Below, piece by piece: positions 13,111-26,862 of a DNA stretch of 64,000 nucleotides (the first letter of the stretch is position 1; every line of letters begins with the position of its first letter). The DNA is from Trichoplax adhaerens (taxonomy: Eukaryota; Animalia; Placozoa), in NCBI RefSeq assembly GCF_000150275.1, contig NW_002060946.1, positions 1,173,562 through 1,237,561 of the forward strand, in the 5' to 3' direction. The notes beneath the pieces were generated by a model. That model searched no databases, was not told where the DNA came from, and worked only from the letters and a program-made list of their open reading frames with translations. A program made the position numbers and the translations under genes.

Positions 13111-16100
13111 CTAATGACAAGGCAACACCGTAATATGATTGTCATTTTTAACATTTATAACCTGTATCGATGATGCTGGCATTGTAACTTGATGATCTGA
13201 TTGATTATTGAATGATAAAACCTCTTTACTTTCGTTGAAGGTCTTATCGACTTGCAAATAAGACACATTCGTTATGCCATCATGGCTGCTATTGAATTGT
13301 TGTTGACGAAGGGGAACCTCGCTGTTATAGCTAGAGAAACTAGCGTGATGAGATGCTGGACTCGATTTTGCTATAACCCGTGAATCAGTTTGAAAACTAA
13401 ATTCTTGAATGGAACGGAGTACAGCTTCCTTAGTATTTAAATCAGGTCTAAACAGAATTGTATAAATTTTAGGAACAAACAGTAATAGTAAAGTCGATAG
13501 CCCAAACGATATCACTGCTATAGACGAAAATGCAGCTTTTACTAATCCTACTGTACCATAAAAGCCTGGTATAGCTAGAGAAACGATTGCTAAAACAATA
13601 AATGAACATATAAATATATAGCGAGCTTCATTAAAGTTATCGGGTAATTTTCGTGTCTTCCATGCTAATATGGTGCATATACAAATTAAAATTAATGTAT
13701 AACCAATAATAATACCTAATCCGATATTTAAATCAGTTGTACAATGCACATGGACTTGATTCTCGTATCGGTAATCATAGGTAGCATGTGGTGGATCGAT
13801 AATAGCAAAGATTAACCAAATAATCATTGGTATAGCGGTAAGCGAAAATACAAATAGTATCTGAATAAAAGATTTATACCATAGACCGCAACTTCGGCCA
13901 TTTAGTCGTCTAATATTTGAACTAGCCCTAAATACATCTGCAATATGTTTAGTTTTAGTTAGTAAGCATGCACTCCATAACGGAGAAGCGATGCTACTTA
14001 AGAATCCTCGAAACCAGCACAAGCTTGTAGTAATCGTAAATAGATGAGACGCGCCTTGAATAAACAATAAAGTAACGGCGAATAGCTGTAGATAAGACAT
14101 TGCCTTATTCGATGCCTTAACGATAGGCGTATTATTATATTTGATATAAACACCGACAATAAATACAAGTAATAACATACTTAGCAGACAAAATGCTAAA
14201 ATGACGAGACATGCAGGACGACGCCAATCGACGATTGTGGGAGGAATTGGCAGACAATCTGAACGATTTTCATTAGCTATAAATCCAGATGAACATTTAA
14301 AGCATTGAGACGTAGTGCCGTTAGAAACTAAACCAGGGCCACATTTCAAACAGACGTAAAAACAAGTTTGTCCATCTAAGCTATGTTTACGCTCGCCAGT
14401 CGCACACGATGTTTCGTAGACTTCTTGAGGTATGGACGTTGTTTCGCCATTACGCCAACGAATATCGTTATCAGCCATTTGTATTTCATCCTGATGAGGA
14501 TCCCAAGTAGCAACTGTAACAAATTGTAAACATCCACGATTATACTGCAGATTCCGAATATCGATTCGATGTAATACTTCATTTCCAGTAAATTTGATGG
14601 TATTGCCAGCAGCGTTACGAAAATGAACTTGTTTAAGATTATATTTGTAAAGTGAATGATTATATGTTTCAATCGAATTACATTGCTCGCTAGTACAATT
14701 TAGTGTACGATGTAATGCATGAGCCATTGCATAGATTGCATCTGCTAGATATAATTTATCTTCATTAAAGTTAATTTGATAAGCTTTGCAAGATGAATTA
14801 TTTTCATCTATTTCCGTATAGTATTCCAAGGTTTCGATACATTCTGGCTGAGCAGGTGTGCAATTATATAATTTTAGCCATAGATCGTCAAAATGCGGAT
14901 TATGTAATTGGCCAGTCACATATTTTCGATAGTACTGATTGTATATGGTTAGATTAAACTCTTCTGTCGATATTGTTAGTAAACCGCCGATAACTTCTTT
15001 CTTAATCTTATAAAGATGGGGCGAATAAATCCAATCACCAGCGCCAATCCAAGTCCTATCCGTTAAGTTTTGTTTTTCTGCTTCTTTCATAAACTTAAGT
15101 CCTTGTATCAAAGGACTAAGTAAGACAATGACTTTGATGTTATTACTTAATTTTAATTTCTGTACCGTTTCCACAGTTAATTGATCGATTCGAGTACCGC
15201 TAATTGTAAATTCTTGAGCGATACATACACCAGATTCTTGTAATTTTGAGCGTAATATCTCCATATTGTAACCTATTCCAGATGGTTCGATCGCTATCAA
15301 GCATATTCGAGTCATTTTATAATAGTTTATTAACGAGGCAATTGCAGACAGATGAGATTGAAATGAGGGTTGTGTCGAAAATAAGTTAGATAATTTCTCT
15401 TCTGATATAGAGGAGGCTATAGCGATAGGTGTAATCTCAATAACGTGGAAATTTTCTAGAAATAGTAATACAGATATTCATTATAACATTACGATATTTT
15501 ACATTTTTGTTTGTACGATACCGTACTTGTTACTTTTACTAAAAGTGTAATATAGTCAATCTTAGTACGATAGCAATTTAAGTACCTTCCATATTGATGC
15601 TGGAAAGCTATTTTAATTGTAAAGTTGTTTAATCTATACCATTTTATTTACAAGTAATGCAAGATAGTGCTATCTTATGGAAAATCAGATATGAAAATAA
15701 TAGGAAGAGCTTATGCTAAATATTTCTGATTTCGATACCGATAATTTAATATTTAAATTTACGTAACGGCATTTAAATATTTTCATTGAAAATTTTTAAT
15801 ATCTTCAATAACCATCGACGGAATTAGTCGCTAATGTATCGGCTCTTTAAAGGAAACATCAGTACGATAATTAAAACGGTATTTACATATTTACATCTGA
15901 TTATACGGATACCGTTAAAATTATTTTTGTAGTTTTTCGATCGATACTCTAGAGCATGAAGCAAATATTTATCTCTTAGCATATCTATTTAAAAGCTGAT
16001 TATACAGATACTGTTAAAAATTATTTTGTTGACTTTTGTTTAATGCTTTAGAGCTTGAAACAAAAGTTTATCTGGTTATCATATTCATTTAATAGCGCTT

Positions 16101-17670
16101 TGTTTGCTAAGCAATTAATTCATAAAGTAAACTAAGATATTTGTGTATAACCATAGGTGAACTGGGTATGTTTATGACGCAACTGTAAGAATAGCAATTT
16201 CTACATTCCGTAACTACTTCAAGGCTGTCCGTATAAGCTGTTTGAAATACACACTCACAATAAAATGCATCAATAGCTATATCATAAAGTGATCAATTTA
16301 TCGCAATTCGGTCAGCCTTCAATTTATATAATTATAAGTTGAATTTCATATGTAGCTACCATGATCGCACAAATGATACTAAATCCCTTAACCCAATCTA
16401 TCAACCCATATGCTGTACATATGGTTTGTAAACAACAATATGCTGCACTTGTATAACTGTTCGTAGCATCTTTTACATGTCATTTAATAAATTTGTAAGA
16501 TATAGTGTTAAAGCGATTTTAAAGCCTAGAAAACTGAAAAGCTTTTACATTATCTTACAATTCTATTAAAATATCCGCCATTGTAGATCAGGTTGTTTTA
16601 GTAGCTTTACAAATATGTCTTACTATAATAATATTATCTATGCTTACGTTAAGTATCATAATTACTTAGTCAAATGCTGATCAGTGATCACGGACATTCT
16701 GTGAGAGAACATCAACTTTCTTTCTGATTTTTATTGACAATAACCTATTTACAATATTAAGTAAATGGTTTTATTGTGCTTTGATTAATTTTCGTGTGTA
16801 GTACGAAAAGTTGACAGAGTTACAATAAGTTTTGTCCATGGATTAAACGAAAACGGAATTTTTGCTTATGGATAGAAGATTCCTATGACAATCAAGCAAA
16901 CTACTATAGTTACAGCTATCGGGAGAATTCTAATTTGTAAGACCAATTCGCAAGTTTACGTACTTTGACAAAAAGAGTAAAATTTAAAAAAATGAATCGA
17001 TAGCTAGAATCCGATTTTGATAAAGTTTTATTATTATACATAAAAACGGATATACATTCCATCAATTTATCCTTTGAGTCTCGACTTTCCACCTATACAC
17101 TATAAATATTGTTTTTTACTTACCTAAAAAACCAGCTGTAGCTTTGACATAGCTACTCGTTGTTGGACCAATCATTCCCAGAAAGGGTGAATAATGCGAT
17201 TTAGATATTTCCGACTTAGGCAATTTCTCATCATTGCAAGAATATTGATTGCATATGCCTTCTTTAAAGGGTAATAAACGGAATAACAATTCCATTGCTC
17301 CCCTGGAAGTGCGTAAGCTACTATAACATGTATCACGAATCTCATAGCCTAGAGTAATATCTGGTAAGAGTTGAGAATTTTGATTGATACTTGTTATAGC
17401 TAATATCATGGCAGCTACTAAATGAATGCCTTGTTCGTTAAAGTCCTGACATTTTCGAAGATGTTGATCGTAAGCATAATGAGCTGGTAAGAGACCAGCA
17501 ATGATAGCATCGCCGGATTTGCTTAAGCTAAGAGCATTTGCAACTGGTTGCTCAGTAAATACTTGGCTTACTAATATCTGAGCATCGATTGTAACGTCAA
17601 ATATAAACAGTAAGATATAAAATAGTAAAAACTGGGCTTTGAATTTTCTAACCATACACCTGATCTGCAT
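13111..17670 (-). CDS. Class C GPCR #3; exons 17670-17124 and 15455-13111
   Basis: Donor TTA G|GTAAGT and acceptor TATTTCTAG|AA give AGFL-E-NFHVIEITP...MTRIC in frame with ORF 13111..15315. 7TM motifs TPIVKASN, RKLPDNFNEARYI and FVPKIY; long Ser-rich C-tail. Confidence 0.9.
15897..16092. repeat. Tandem repeat, about 100-bp unit x2, in the intron of GPCR #3
   Basis: CTGATTATAC(G/A)GATAC(C/T)GTTAAAA..TTATTTT...TAGAGC(A/T)TGAA...TTTATCT...ATTTAA occurs twice. Confidence 0.75.
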
Positions 17671-17956
17671 CTTTGCAAGAGTGAAATTATTCCATATAGA
17701 TTGCAGTAGTAAAGTTCAGTAATTTAAACCAAACAACTTGCTAAAATATGTCAGTCATGAAGATGTCTGTCGAATCATGATCAACTTTTTTGCAATTGGA
17801 TGACTTGTATACCAAAATATTAAGTTTAACCCGATCTTGATGAAGTATAATGCTCACGATGCGATAATACTGCTACTCTGGCTATCTATAAATTAAATTT
17901 ATAGTTAAGCAATAAGTGTATTAGTAAATATATGTAATGAGAATTGCTAGTCAATA

Positions 17957-17964
17957 TGACGTCA
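17957..17964. promoter_or_regulatory. Perfect CRE palindrome TGACGTCA, 287 nt upstream of the GPCR #3 ATG
   Basis: Exact 8-mer, followed by a second bZIP-type palindrome TTACGTAA at 17968-17975. Function is inferred. Confidence 0.4.
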
Positions 17965-19784
17965 TGCTTACGTAAAGAATAGGCTAAACATTTCTGCCAA
18001 TAAATCACTTATCGAGAAATTTCAATATGATCGATCATCAAATCGATATCAATATGAAACACTCGTTATAATTATTGGCCTAGAAGAGAACTGTACCCTT
18101 ATGGATTTCAAGTTGCAAGCGATTTTAAAAATATTTCCTGCTCGATTCTGATAGCAATGACTAAATATACGTGTAAGTAGATTAAACTAAGAAGATTAGC
18201 AATTAGTTTTGCGGTGTAGTCATCGTATATTGACTTTTATGCATTGATTGCAATAGTCAGTATAAACAGTATGACCTAAAATACCAAAGATTGGCCCTTA
18301 CATTTTCTACTTGTATACTCAATTTTCATCTTTCCAAGAGCGAGTTATTCCATAAAAGAGTTTAGTAATTGAAGCCAAACTATTTGCTGCACATAGCTGA
18401 ATAAAATATAATGAGGATAGGTATAAATCTTCATCCGATTTCGTTCCGTTAGATGGCCTCTATTAGAGACAGTCCATTTAGCAATGTGATAACAGATAAA
18501 TGTGTGAACTACTGAATATATATAATTACAAGCAGTTTTCAACCGCTCCTTATATTGTGATTGGTAGAAAAAGGATTCTATTATTATTGCCACTCCGTAT
18601 GATGTACGTTATTCACATTCGTTATCACCTTCAAAAACTGGTTTAAATAATATAATTAATAATCATGAAGCTTACTCTATCTTTTCATATAGTTTGATCA
18701 TAACAATCATCAGCTGGTAGAAGGCTAGATTTAATTTGTTGCCAGCTCGGCCAAATAACGGCTACATTTTCCTTTTAACCCAAATTTTAGCCATAGATGC
18801 TGTTTACTGAAATGATTTTGCTCAATGCGAATACGATGCGATAATAGTAATATGAAAGCACTGTAACTAGCATAGCTTAAAAGTAGCAATGCAATCGAAA
18901 TGTTGTTACCATTTGCATTTCTCTAGATGGTAACTTTAATCTGCAATAAGTCTCTGCAGTGCCAATTTCACTAGCAATATTAAACTATTTTTAGTGGAGG
19001 TCGTAACTAAGTAGGATAACATATCACCTTTTCGTATTTAATGTATCCTGTAACAGAACTACGAAGAATTAAATATATCCGTATTGAAGATTTTATCGTC
19101 TTTATTATATAGCATTCCAGCTTGTCCTTGACGTAATATATAAATTTAATCTTATCATCATATTATATGCGCGCACATACAGATCGGACTATGTAAAGTA
19201 TTACCCATAGAATTTAGAAATCTATAGCAAGTTTACAAGCATTTGAAAGTTTAAATATCCATCACGACCTCAATCGATTATACTATCAAAGAAAACTTCC
19301 CTTTATTAATTAACATATAGCGACTGCAGACGTTAACATTTAAGAATACTATAGAAAATTTAATTGAAGTTTGGTTAGATTCAATAAACGCAATTTGCGC
19401 TTACTAAAGAGCAAAAAGCATTAGCCTCAGAAAATTTAAACATATTACTTATCGCATGGACTGTTTTGCAACCCATAATGATAACCAAAGAAATCAAAGT
19501 CTAGGTTTTTTAATTATTACTAACTAATACTTTAAAGTTTTATAGAAAATGAACTGATTGTATATGAAAACTCGAATATTATGGAAACGTATGTATGTCT
19601 ACGGCGACTACCAAAATAGTTTCTGGAAGTAATATTGCCTAAGGTATTTTTTTGGTGGCTGAGCGACAAAATTTTGGGCTATTATTGAAGATGTCCAATT
19701 ATCCGATATTCATAATATTTCAGCTTCTGTTAAAAACTTGATCAACTCTTAATAAATTCCGGAAATTCCATTAGTTAGAAATAT

Positions 19785-22700
19785 TTAAGCAACCGACGAT
19801 AAATTTTCACCTTCAACGTTCACAACTTGTATTAATCTTGCTGCTGGAGCTTGATGATTTGGTTGATCACTGGATACTAAAATCTCTTTGGTTTCGTTAA
19901 TACTACGATTAGGGTGTAAGTGTGATGTATTAGTAGCCGCGTCGTGGCTAACACTTAATTGCTGATGACGAAGAGGAACTTCACTATTAACGCTAGAAAA
20001 ACTAGTACGACGTGATGTTTGATTCGATTTGGATATTATGCGTGTATCTGCATTAAAGCTAAATTCTTGAATGGAACGAAGTATAGCTTCCCTAGTATTT
20101 AAATCAGGTCTAAATAGAATTGTGTAGACTTTAGGAACAAATAGTAGCAATAATGTCGCTAGTCCAAAAGTAATTACCGCTATCGATGCAAACGCCGATT
20201 GCACTAATCCCACTGTACTATAATAACCTGGTACTGATAGAGCGACAATCACTAAAATACTAAATGAACAAATAAATACGTAGCGAGCTTCATTAAAGTT
20301 ATCAGGTAATTTTCTTGTCTTCCATGCTAATATAGTGCAAATGGTGGCTAAGATTAGGGTATAGCCAATTACAATGCCCAATCCAAGGTGTAATCGAGTT
20401 GTACAACGCACATAGACTTGATTTTCATATCGATAATCGTAGATAGCTTGTGGTGGATCAATAATACCAAAGATCAACCAAACAATCATGGCGATAGCCG
20501 TGATTGAAAATACAAATAGTATTTGAATAAGTGATTTATACCATTGACCTTTGGATCGATTTCTTACTCGTCTAATATTGGAACTAGCACTGAATACATC
20601 CGCAACATGTTTAGTTTTAGCGAGTAAGCACGCATTACATAAGGGGAAAGCAGTGCCTGTCATGGTATATTGAAGCCAGCATAAACTTGTTGAAACCTCA
20701 AATTGATAGGATGCAGCTAGGAAAAATAATAAAATGACACTGAAAAGTTGTAGATAAGACATCACCTTGTTTGATGCTTTAACGATGGGTGTATTCTCAT
20801 ATCTGATATAAACAATAAGAATAAATACGAGCAATAACAACGATAAGAGAATAAAACTTAAAATTACGATACTGACGGGATCACGCCAATTTAACACCGT
20901 GGTAGCAATTGGCTCACAATCTGAACGATTTTGGTTGGCCATAAATCCCTGTGAACATTTAAAACATTGAGATGTAGAACCATTAGAAACTAAGCCAGGG
21001 CCACACTTTAAGCAGACATAATAACAAGATTGCCGATCTAAGCTATGCTTTCGTTCGCCTACAGCACATGATGTTTCATAAACTTCTTGTGGTATAGTTA
21101 TACTCTGGCCATTGCGCCAGCGAAAGTCGTAATCCATTATTTCAGTTTCCTCTAAGTTTGGATTCCACATAGCCACTTTGACGTAATGAAGACAACCATC
21201 ATCATATTGTAAATTTTCCAAGATAATTCGATGCAATACTTCATTATGGGTAAATTTTACTTGTTGGTCTGCTAAATTAGTGAAACGAATATGCTTGAAA
21301 TTTTCTTTATAAAGTGTATGATTGTATGTTTCGATTAGATTGCAACTTTCTTCCGTGCAATTTAATGTGCGATGGAGTGCATGAGCCATTGCGTAAACTG
21401 CATCTAATACATAAAGTGCATTTTGATAAAAGTCACGTTGATAAACGGTGCAAGTTGAATTGATACCACCCGTTTCCGCGTAGTGACCCAAATGGCCAGA
21501 GCATTCTTCCTGACTTGGTATACAACCATATAATTTTTCCCATAGAGCATCTAAGTGTGGATTAGGCATTTTACCACTTATGTAACTTTCAAAGTAATGA
21601 TCATAGACACCTACTTGAGACGATTCTGTCGATACTGCTAGTAAACCACCAATCACTTCCTTGTTGATCTGGTAAAGATCGAGCGAATGAACCCACTCGC
21701 CAGAGCCAATCCAAGTTCTCCCAGTTAAATTTTGTTTCTCAGCTTCTCTCATAAAAGCAATTCCTTGTACTGCAGGACTAAGCAGGACAATAACTTGAAT
21801 ATTGTCATTGATTTTGAGTTTTTGCACTGTATTAACTATTTGTAGATCAATATGGTCACCACTGATTGTAAATTCTTGAGCAATACATACACCAGAATTT
21901 TGTAAATTTGTCCTTAATACCTCCGTTTTATAGTTTATTTCCTGTGGTTCAATAGCTATCAAGCATATTCGAGTCATTGAAAAGTATTTAATGATATAAG
22001 AAATGAATAAAAGATGGTGTTGAAATGCAGGTTGGGTTGAATATAAGTTGAATAAGAGATCTTCTGCTTCTGAGAATGCTATTGCGCTTGGACTAACATC
22101 AATAACGTCAAAATTGCCTAGAAATATATAAAATTATCTTATTATAATAGTCTTCGCTAAAGGTGCCGTTCTGATACAGCGATAATTTTCAATAATCTTT
22201 CTACCTACCATTATACCGATACTGTTAGTAATTTGAATTAAAAATTAATTAAACATAATGAATCCATTATTTATAAATTTCAGAACTTCATTTGGGGCCT
22301 GTTACGGTACTACGTTGCCTAAATTATAGAATTTAAGAAAGCATTGTTGCTCACAGTATTTTAGTGATATAGTATAAAGCTATTTTGCAGATTATAGTAC
22401 AGCGTGTCTACTGATTGTGAGCCTTTTAGAAGGGGTAGTTCTTAGGCGTTATAGTAGCAGTACTTAATTCATATTAGATCTTTCAACAGATTAGGGTAGT
22501 AATTTGTAGAAGCAACTCAAAGTAAGTGATTTACGTTAGACTAGTAAAATTGTCAGGAAGTAGTCCGTGACAGGCCACTTTAAAATTTCCAGCTGAAATG
22601 ATAAGTGAGTTCATATTGGCAATTACTGAGTTTGATACGTATATGGAAAGAATAGGTTTGTAGTTTAAATTATATTCATTAGCAATCAAAATTTCAGTTG

Positions 22701-25497
22701 ATCTACTGCATGTTAATGCAGAAAGACAAAGTTAGAATTATGGCTCCATTCTTGGTCTTGATAGTTTTAAAACAGATGCTTACTATTTTAAAATATCTAT
22801 TTTCAGGGTGCTATCCGTTGCACAATTAGTTCAGAATGAAAATGAAAGAGTCTTACGGCATCAATTTAGATTCTGTATACAGTGTATTTAAATGGAGTTA
22901 TACTTGGAATGTAAAGTAGACTCTCACAACAGCTTCCAAACTGTTCTAAATTCCTGAAATTAAGTACCGTAGATCTTTACCGATATACTGTAAAGCTCTA
23001 ATACTAGATGATAGTTAGGATATAAAACGTGTACAAACGCAATAGCCTTGAGCTATTCTCCCTTTTATTTTACTTGTGAAAAACATAGTACGGTAATGTG
23101 ATAAATTTGTAAAATTATTATTACATCATGAAATTCATTTCAATAGATTTAAAACTGTATCTAGCTATCAGTGCTATCCAGAATTAGTCATAAACTGTAA
23201 TAATGTCGGTGTTGTTACACAGATTGTAAATACCATGGCCGGTAGTGTTGACTATTTTTAAAGTTAGCTACAACAAAGTACAACTATGTTGAAGTGGTAC
23301 AAAAGGTGCACAAATTTTCAGTTGCGTAGAAAACTGTAATAGCCTTTAAAAATCAATCTTCTACTAGGTCAAGTATGCTATAATTGATATAATTCAATAA
23401 TTCTTACTGTATTATGGTCGTTAAATTGTAAATATGCTACAAATAAGCTGGAAATAGCTAAATTATCATGGTAATTGTTCTTAAAATTGCAATTTGCAAC
23501 TATAGAAATTTTTTCAATAAGAACTTATAAAAAACTCTGTTTTACTCTCAATCATTCGCATTTATCAATTGTGAAGAAATTTACGAGCCAGTTTATTACA
23601 TAAGCTATAATCCATATGCTATCCAATATGGTTAGAAGATATTCATACTGTATTATTACTTATGATAGCTTTTGTATGCTATTTATAGCGTATAATATTA
23701 CTGGTATATGGCAGTTACGGTACTACTTATTCATCTCAGCTTGTCTAAGACTTTGGAGATAGAAAAGTTTTGAATACAACGTATCTCTCAATCGCATTCA
23801 GTATCCATAACGATGGATGGTATTGCTATAGTTGATTCATAAATCTTAAGTATTTTGGTCTAGAAATAGCATTTAACCTAAAGTATCTTGATAAGTCAAT
23901 TAAAGCCTGACCTCTGGTATAGATTTGCATTGGAGAATATCAACCTTCTTTTACAGTACTTGACCTTTTCTATTTTACCGTAAGCTATTAACACTATCAA
24001 GCAAAATGATGTCATTCTAATTTGAGTTGAAAGTTGTATTAGTGAAGATATTAAGAATTAAAATTAAAATAAATCTTTACGTAGAATTATGTGAATACAG
24101 AACTGCAGCTGTTGTAAATAGAAAAATGGCAAATCAATAGGATACTTATGGGCAGATTTATGACGAGAGTTTATGATTAAGAAATGTTAGCGCCCTAGTT
24201 CTTGCAATGGGTCTTGCAAACGATAAATAATTATAAAGCAAGCAATTCATATCTGATTCTTTGCATAATTTAGAAACGTATACAATCATAAACAGGTAAA
24301 TGCATTTTTTAAAAGTAAATCGATGATGTCCAGTAATTTCATACTAAATTGTTGTAAATGGCAGTAGATTATCTAACATTAATGCAATCTATTGCCTCGT
24401 GCTTAAGATTTATACTCAAGAGAAATCTTGGGCGATAAATGTTGTCGTCAAAGTCGAGCATTTGCGATATATTATACATGAGGAAATTAATGATTTTAGA
24501 TAATTTATTTGTCCATACATTACTTATACCAACTATAAACTGGCCGATAAAGGGTCACAATAAGTTACTAGTGTAACTTTACTAGAAATAATATTTTATG
24601 TAAATTTTTTTCTGTAACCTTGTCATAAATTCCAATCAAATCTAATTGCTTAGTCTAATCCTCTACTTTAGCCAATCTTGCATTAAGTAGGTATTATCAA
24701 TATCAGTTAAATTTGAACGAAATAATTATTTTCCTTGCTGGATTATTTTTAGAGAATTGAGTAAATTTCGTCATATAGATCGTGTATGGAACTTACAGTA
24801 AGCACTATCAGTCTTTTACAACTAAGGAGCTTGAGCTGACTAAAGCAAGTATTAAAATGAAGTCATGAAACAGGTCATGAAAATAGCATCCCATATTAAA
24901 GCCTACAACTGTAGATCTTTTCTGTTAATCTCTAGAACTTAAATATTTACATTTACCTAACATGCTTGCGGTAGCTTTTGCAGCATTAGTCATTGTTGGA
25001 CCAATAACTCCGAGAAAAGGTGAATAAAATGATTCAGTCATTCCAAAGTCATGTAATGCAATATTGTAACAGTAATATCCATCGTATGTGCCCTCTGCAA
25101 AGGGCAATAAATGCAGTAACAACTCCATTGTTTGTCTAGAAGTTTGCAAGCTATTGTAACAAGTATCACGTATATCATAACCCAATGTAATCTCTGGTAA
25201 AAGTTTGGGATCGTTATTGACATTGATAATAGCGAACACCATAGCTGTTACTAAATGGAGGCCATATTCATCAATGTCTTTGCATTCTCGACTATTTGTA
25301 TCATAACTATTATGAGCTGGAAAGAGACCAGCAATGACAGCATCACCAGATTCGCTCAAGCTGAGAGCATTAACAGTTGGTTTTTGCGTATATACGTCGA
25401 GTAATGATTTCTGGCAATTAGTTGGAACGGATAATAAGAACATCACGGTACAAATTAGTAAAAACTGGCTCTTTAATTTTCCAATTTCACACTTCAT
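19785..25497 (-). CDS. Class C GPCR #4; exons 25497-24957 and 22117-19785
   Basis: Donor TTA G|GTAAAT and acceptor ATTTCTAG|GC give ASML-G-NFDVIDVSP...MTRIC in frame with ORF 19785..21977. Closest paralog of #3, sharing the C-tail SEVPLR motif. Confidence 0.9.
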
Positions 25498-25809
25498 CTT
25501 TCCAAGGATGAAATTGTTTAATAATAGATGGCAGTAATAAAATGGCTAACTTTAGTCTCGAAAAAATTTCGATACCGCTGTATGATGAAGGCAATTATTT
25601 AAAATTTAGGTGAAATTATTCAGTTAAGATGGCTTCTGTACGGCAAAGTGGAGATTAGCATGATCTTACTTTGACAAGAGGGTGGCTCTTGCAGTTTTTA
25701 AAACCAATAAGCAACTTAGAAATGACTTGCGTAGGTATGATTGTAATAAATTTTTCAGCTTATGTTAGTGCAATTAGGTAATTTAAACTTCCTTCCATTA
25801 GCATCAGTC

Positions 25810-25817
25810 TGACGTCA
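25810..25817. promoter_or_regulatory. Perfect CRE palindrome TGACGTCA, 313 nt upstream of the GPCR #4 ATG
   Basis: Exact 8-mer at a position similar to the one in paralog #3. Function is inferred. Confidence 0.4.
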
Positions 25818-26510
25818 TATATCATCTATCACTTGCTTTAACGTCAATAGCAACTTTACAGTATTATTTACCGCTACTTTAGGCAACCATATGTCTGATT
25901 GCCTAGTGATCAATAATTAATATTCTTCAACCTAGAGTAAGGAGAAATTTATTAGACTAGTTGAAGCTATTGTCGACATTAATTAGAATAGCTCTAAGAG
26001 TAATTTTCTTTTATTTTTTTAATTTTAAAAATTTCTAAAGGATTAAACTTATTTTAAAGATATCCAAGAATAGAGATTTGCTTTATACACCTGCACAATA
26101 TTCTTTGTAAATGAAAATATTAATTTATCATACCAACCATGTCAAATCCAGGCAGCGATTTAAAGATTCTGTAAGTTAAGACTAGCAGTACTGCATAGTA
26201 ATTTAAAGTATTATTATTAAACGCAAGCGTCGATATTGACATTTTATTTTCAGTGGTGTGAAACACACTGCAAGAATTTAAGATCCAGCCTGACTAATAC
26301 ATCTTTCATATTAAATTTAACTTCAATTACAGAATGATATAATTTAATTGATTTATTCAATACTAAATCAGTCCTGTGGTCTAGGTAGCCATTGAACCAG
26401 ATTAGATTGAATAAAGGCATACTAGTTATAGAGATTATATTTGCAAGTCAATCAGGCAAGCATTTATACTATGCTCTAGTTGTCAGTCTAAATTAATGGA
26501 TATCAATATT

Positions 26511-26862
26511 AAATAGATTAGTATATTAACTGTATTCATAATTTCCTTTCAAATGGCTTCTGACACTAGGAATAATGATTTAATTAAGCAGATATCTAGA
26601 TTGTTGCCTAACGGCCAATTTATGCGTATATAGATTGGTATATTGACTGTATTAATTCTTTTCTTCCAAATGACTTCTGACATTAGGATTTGTAAACTAA
26701 TTAAGCTGATATTGACATTGTTACCTAACGGCCAATTTACTCGTATATAGATTGGTATATTGACTGCATTAATTCTTTTCTTCTAAACGATTTCTGATAC
26801 TAGGAATAATAAGCTAATTAAGTTGATATCTACACTGTTGCCTAATGATCAATTCAAGCATA
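26511..26862. repeat. Minisatellite, 117-bp unit x3
   Basis: ATAGATT(A/G)GTATATT(A/G)ACTG...TTCTGA...TAATTAAG...TGTT(G/A)CCTAA recurs with exact 117-nt spacing (26516, 26633, 26750). Confidence 0.9.

Noticed and set aside
6159-25497. GPCR N-terminal ORFs and 7TM ORFs as separate genes or pseudogene fragments
   Set aside because: Each pair joins in frame through a conserved phase-1 GT-AG intron, and I saw no frameshifts or internal stops.
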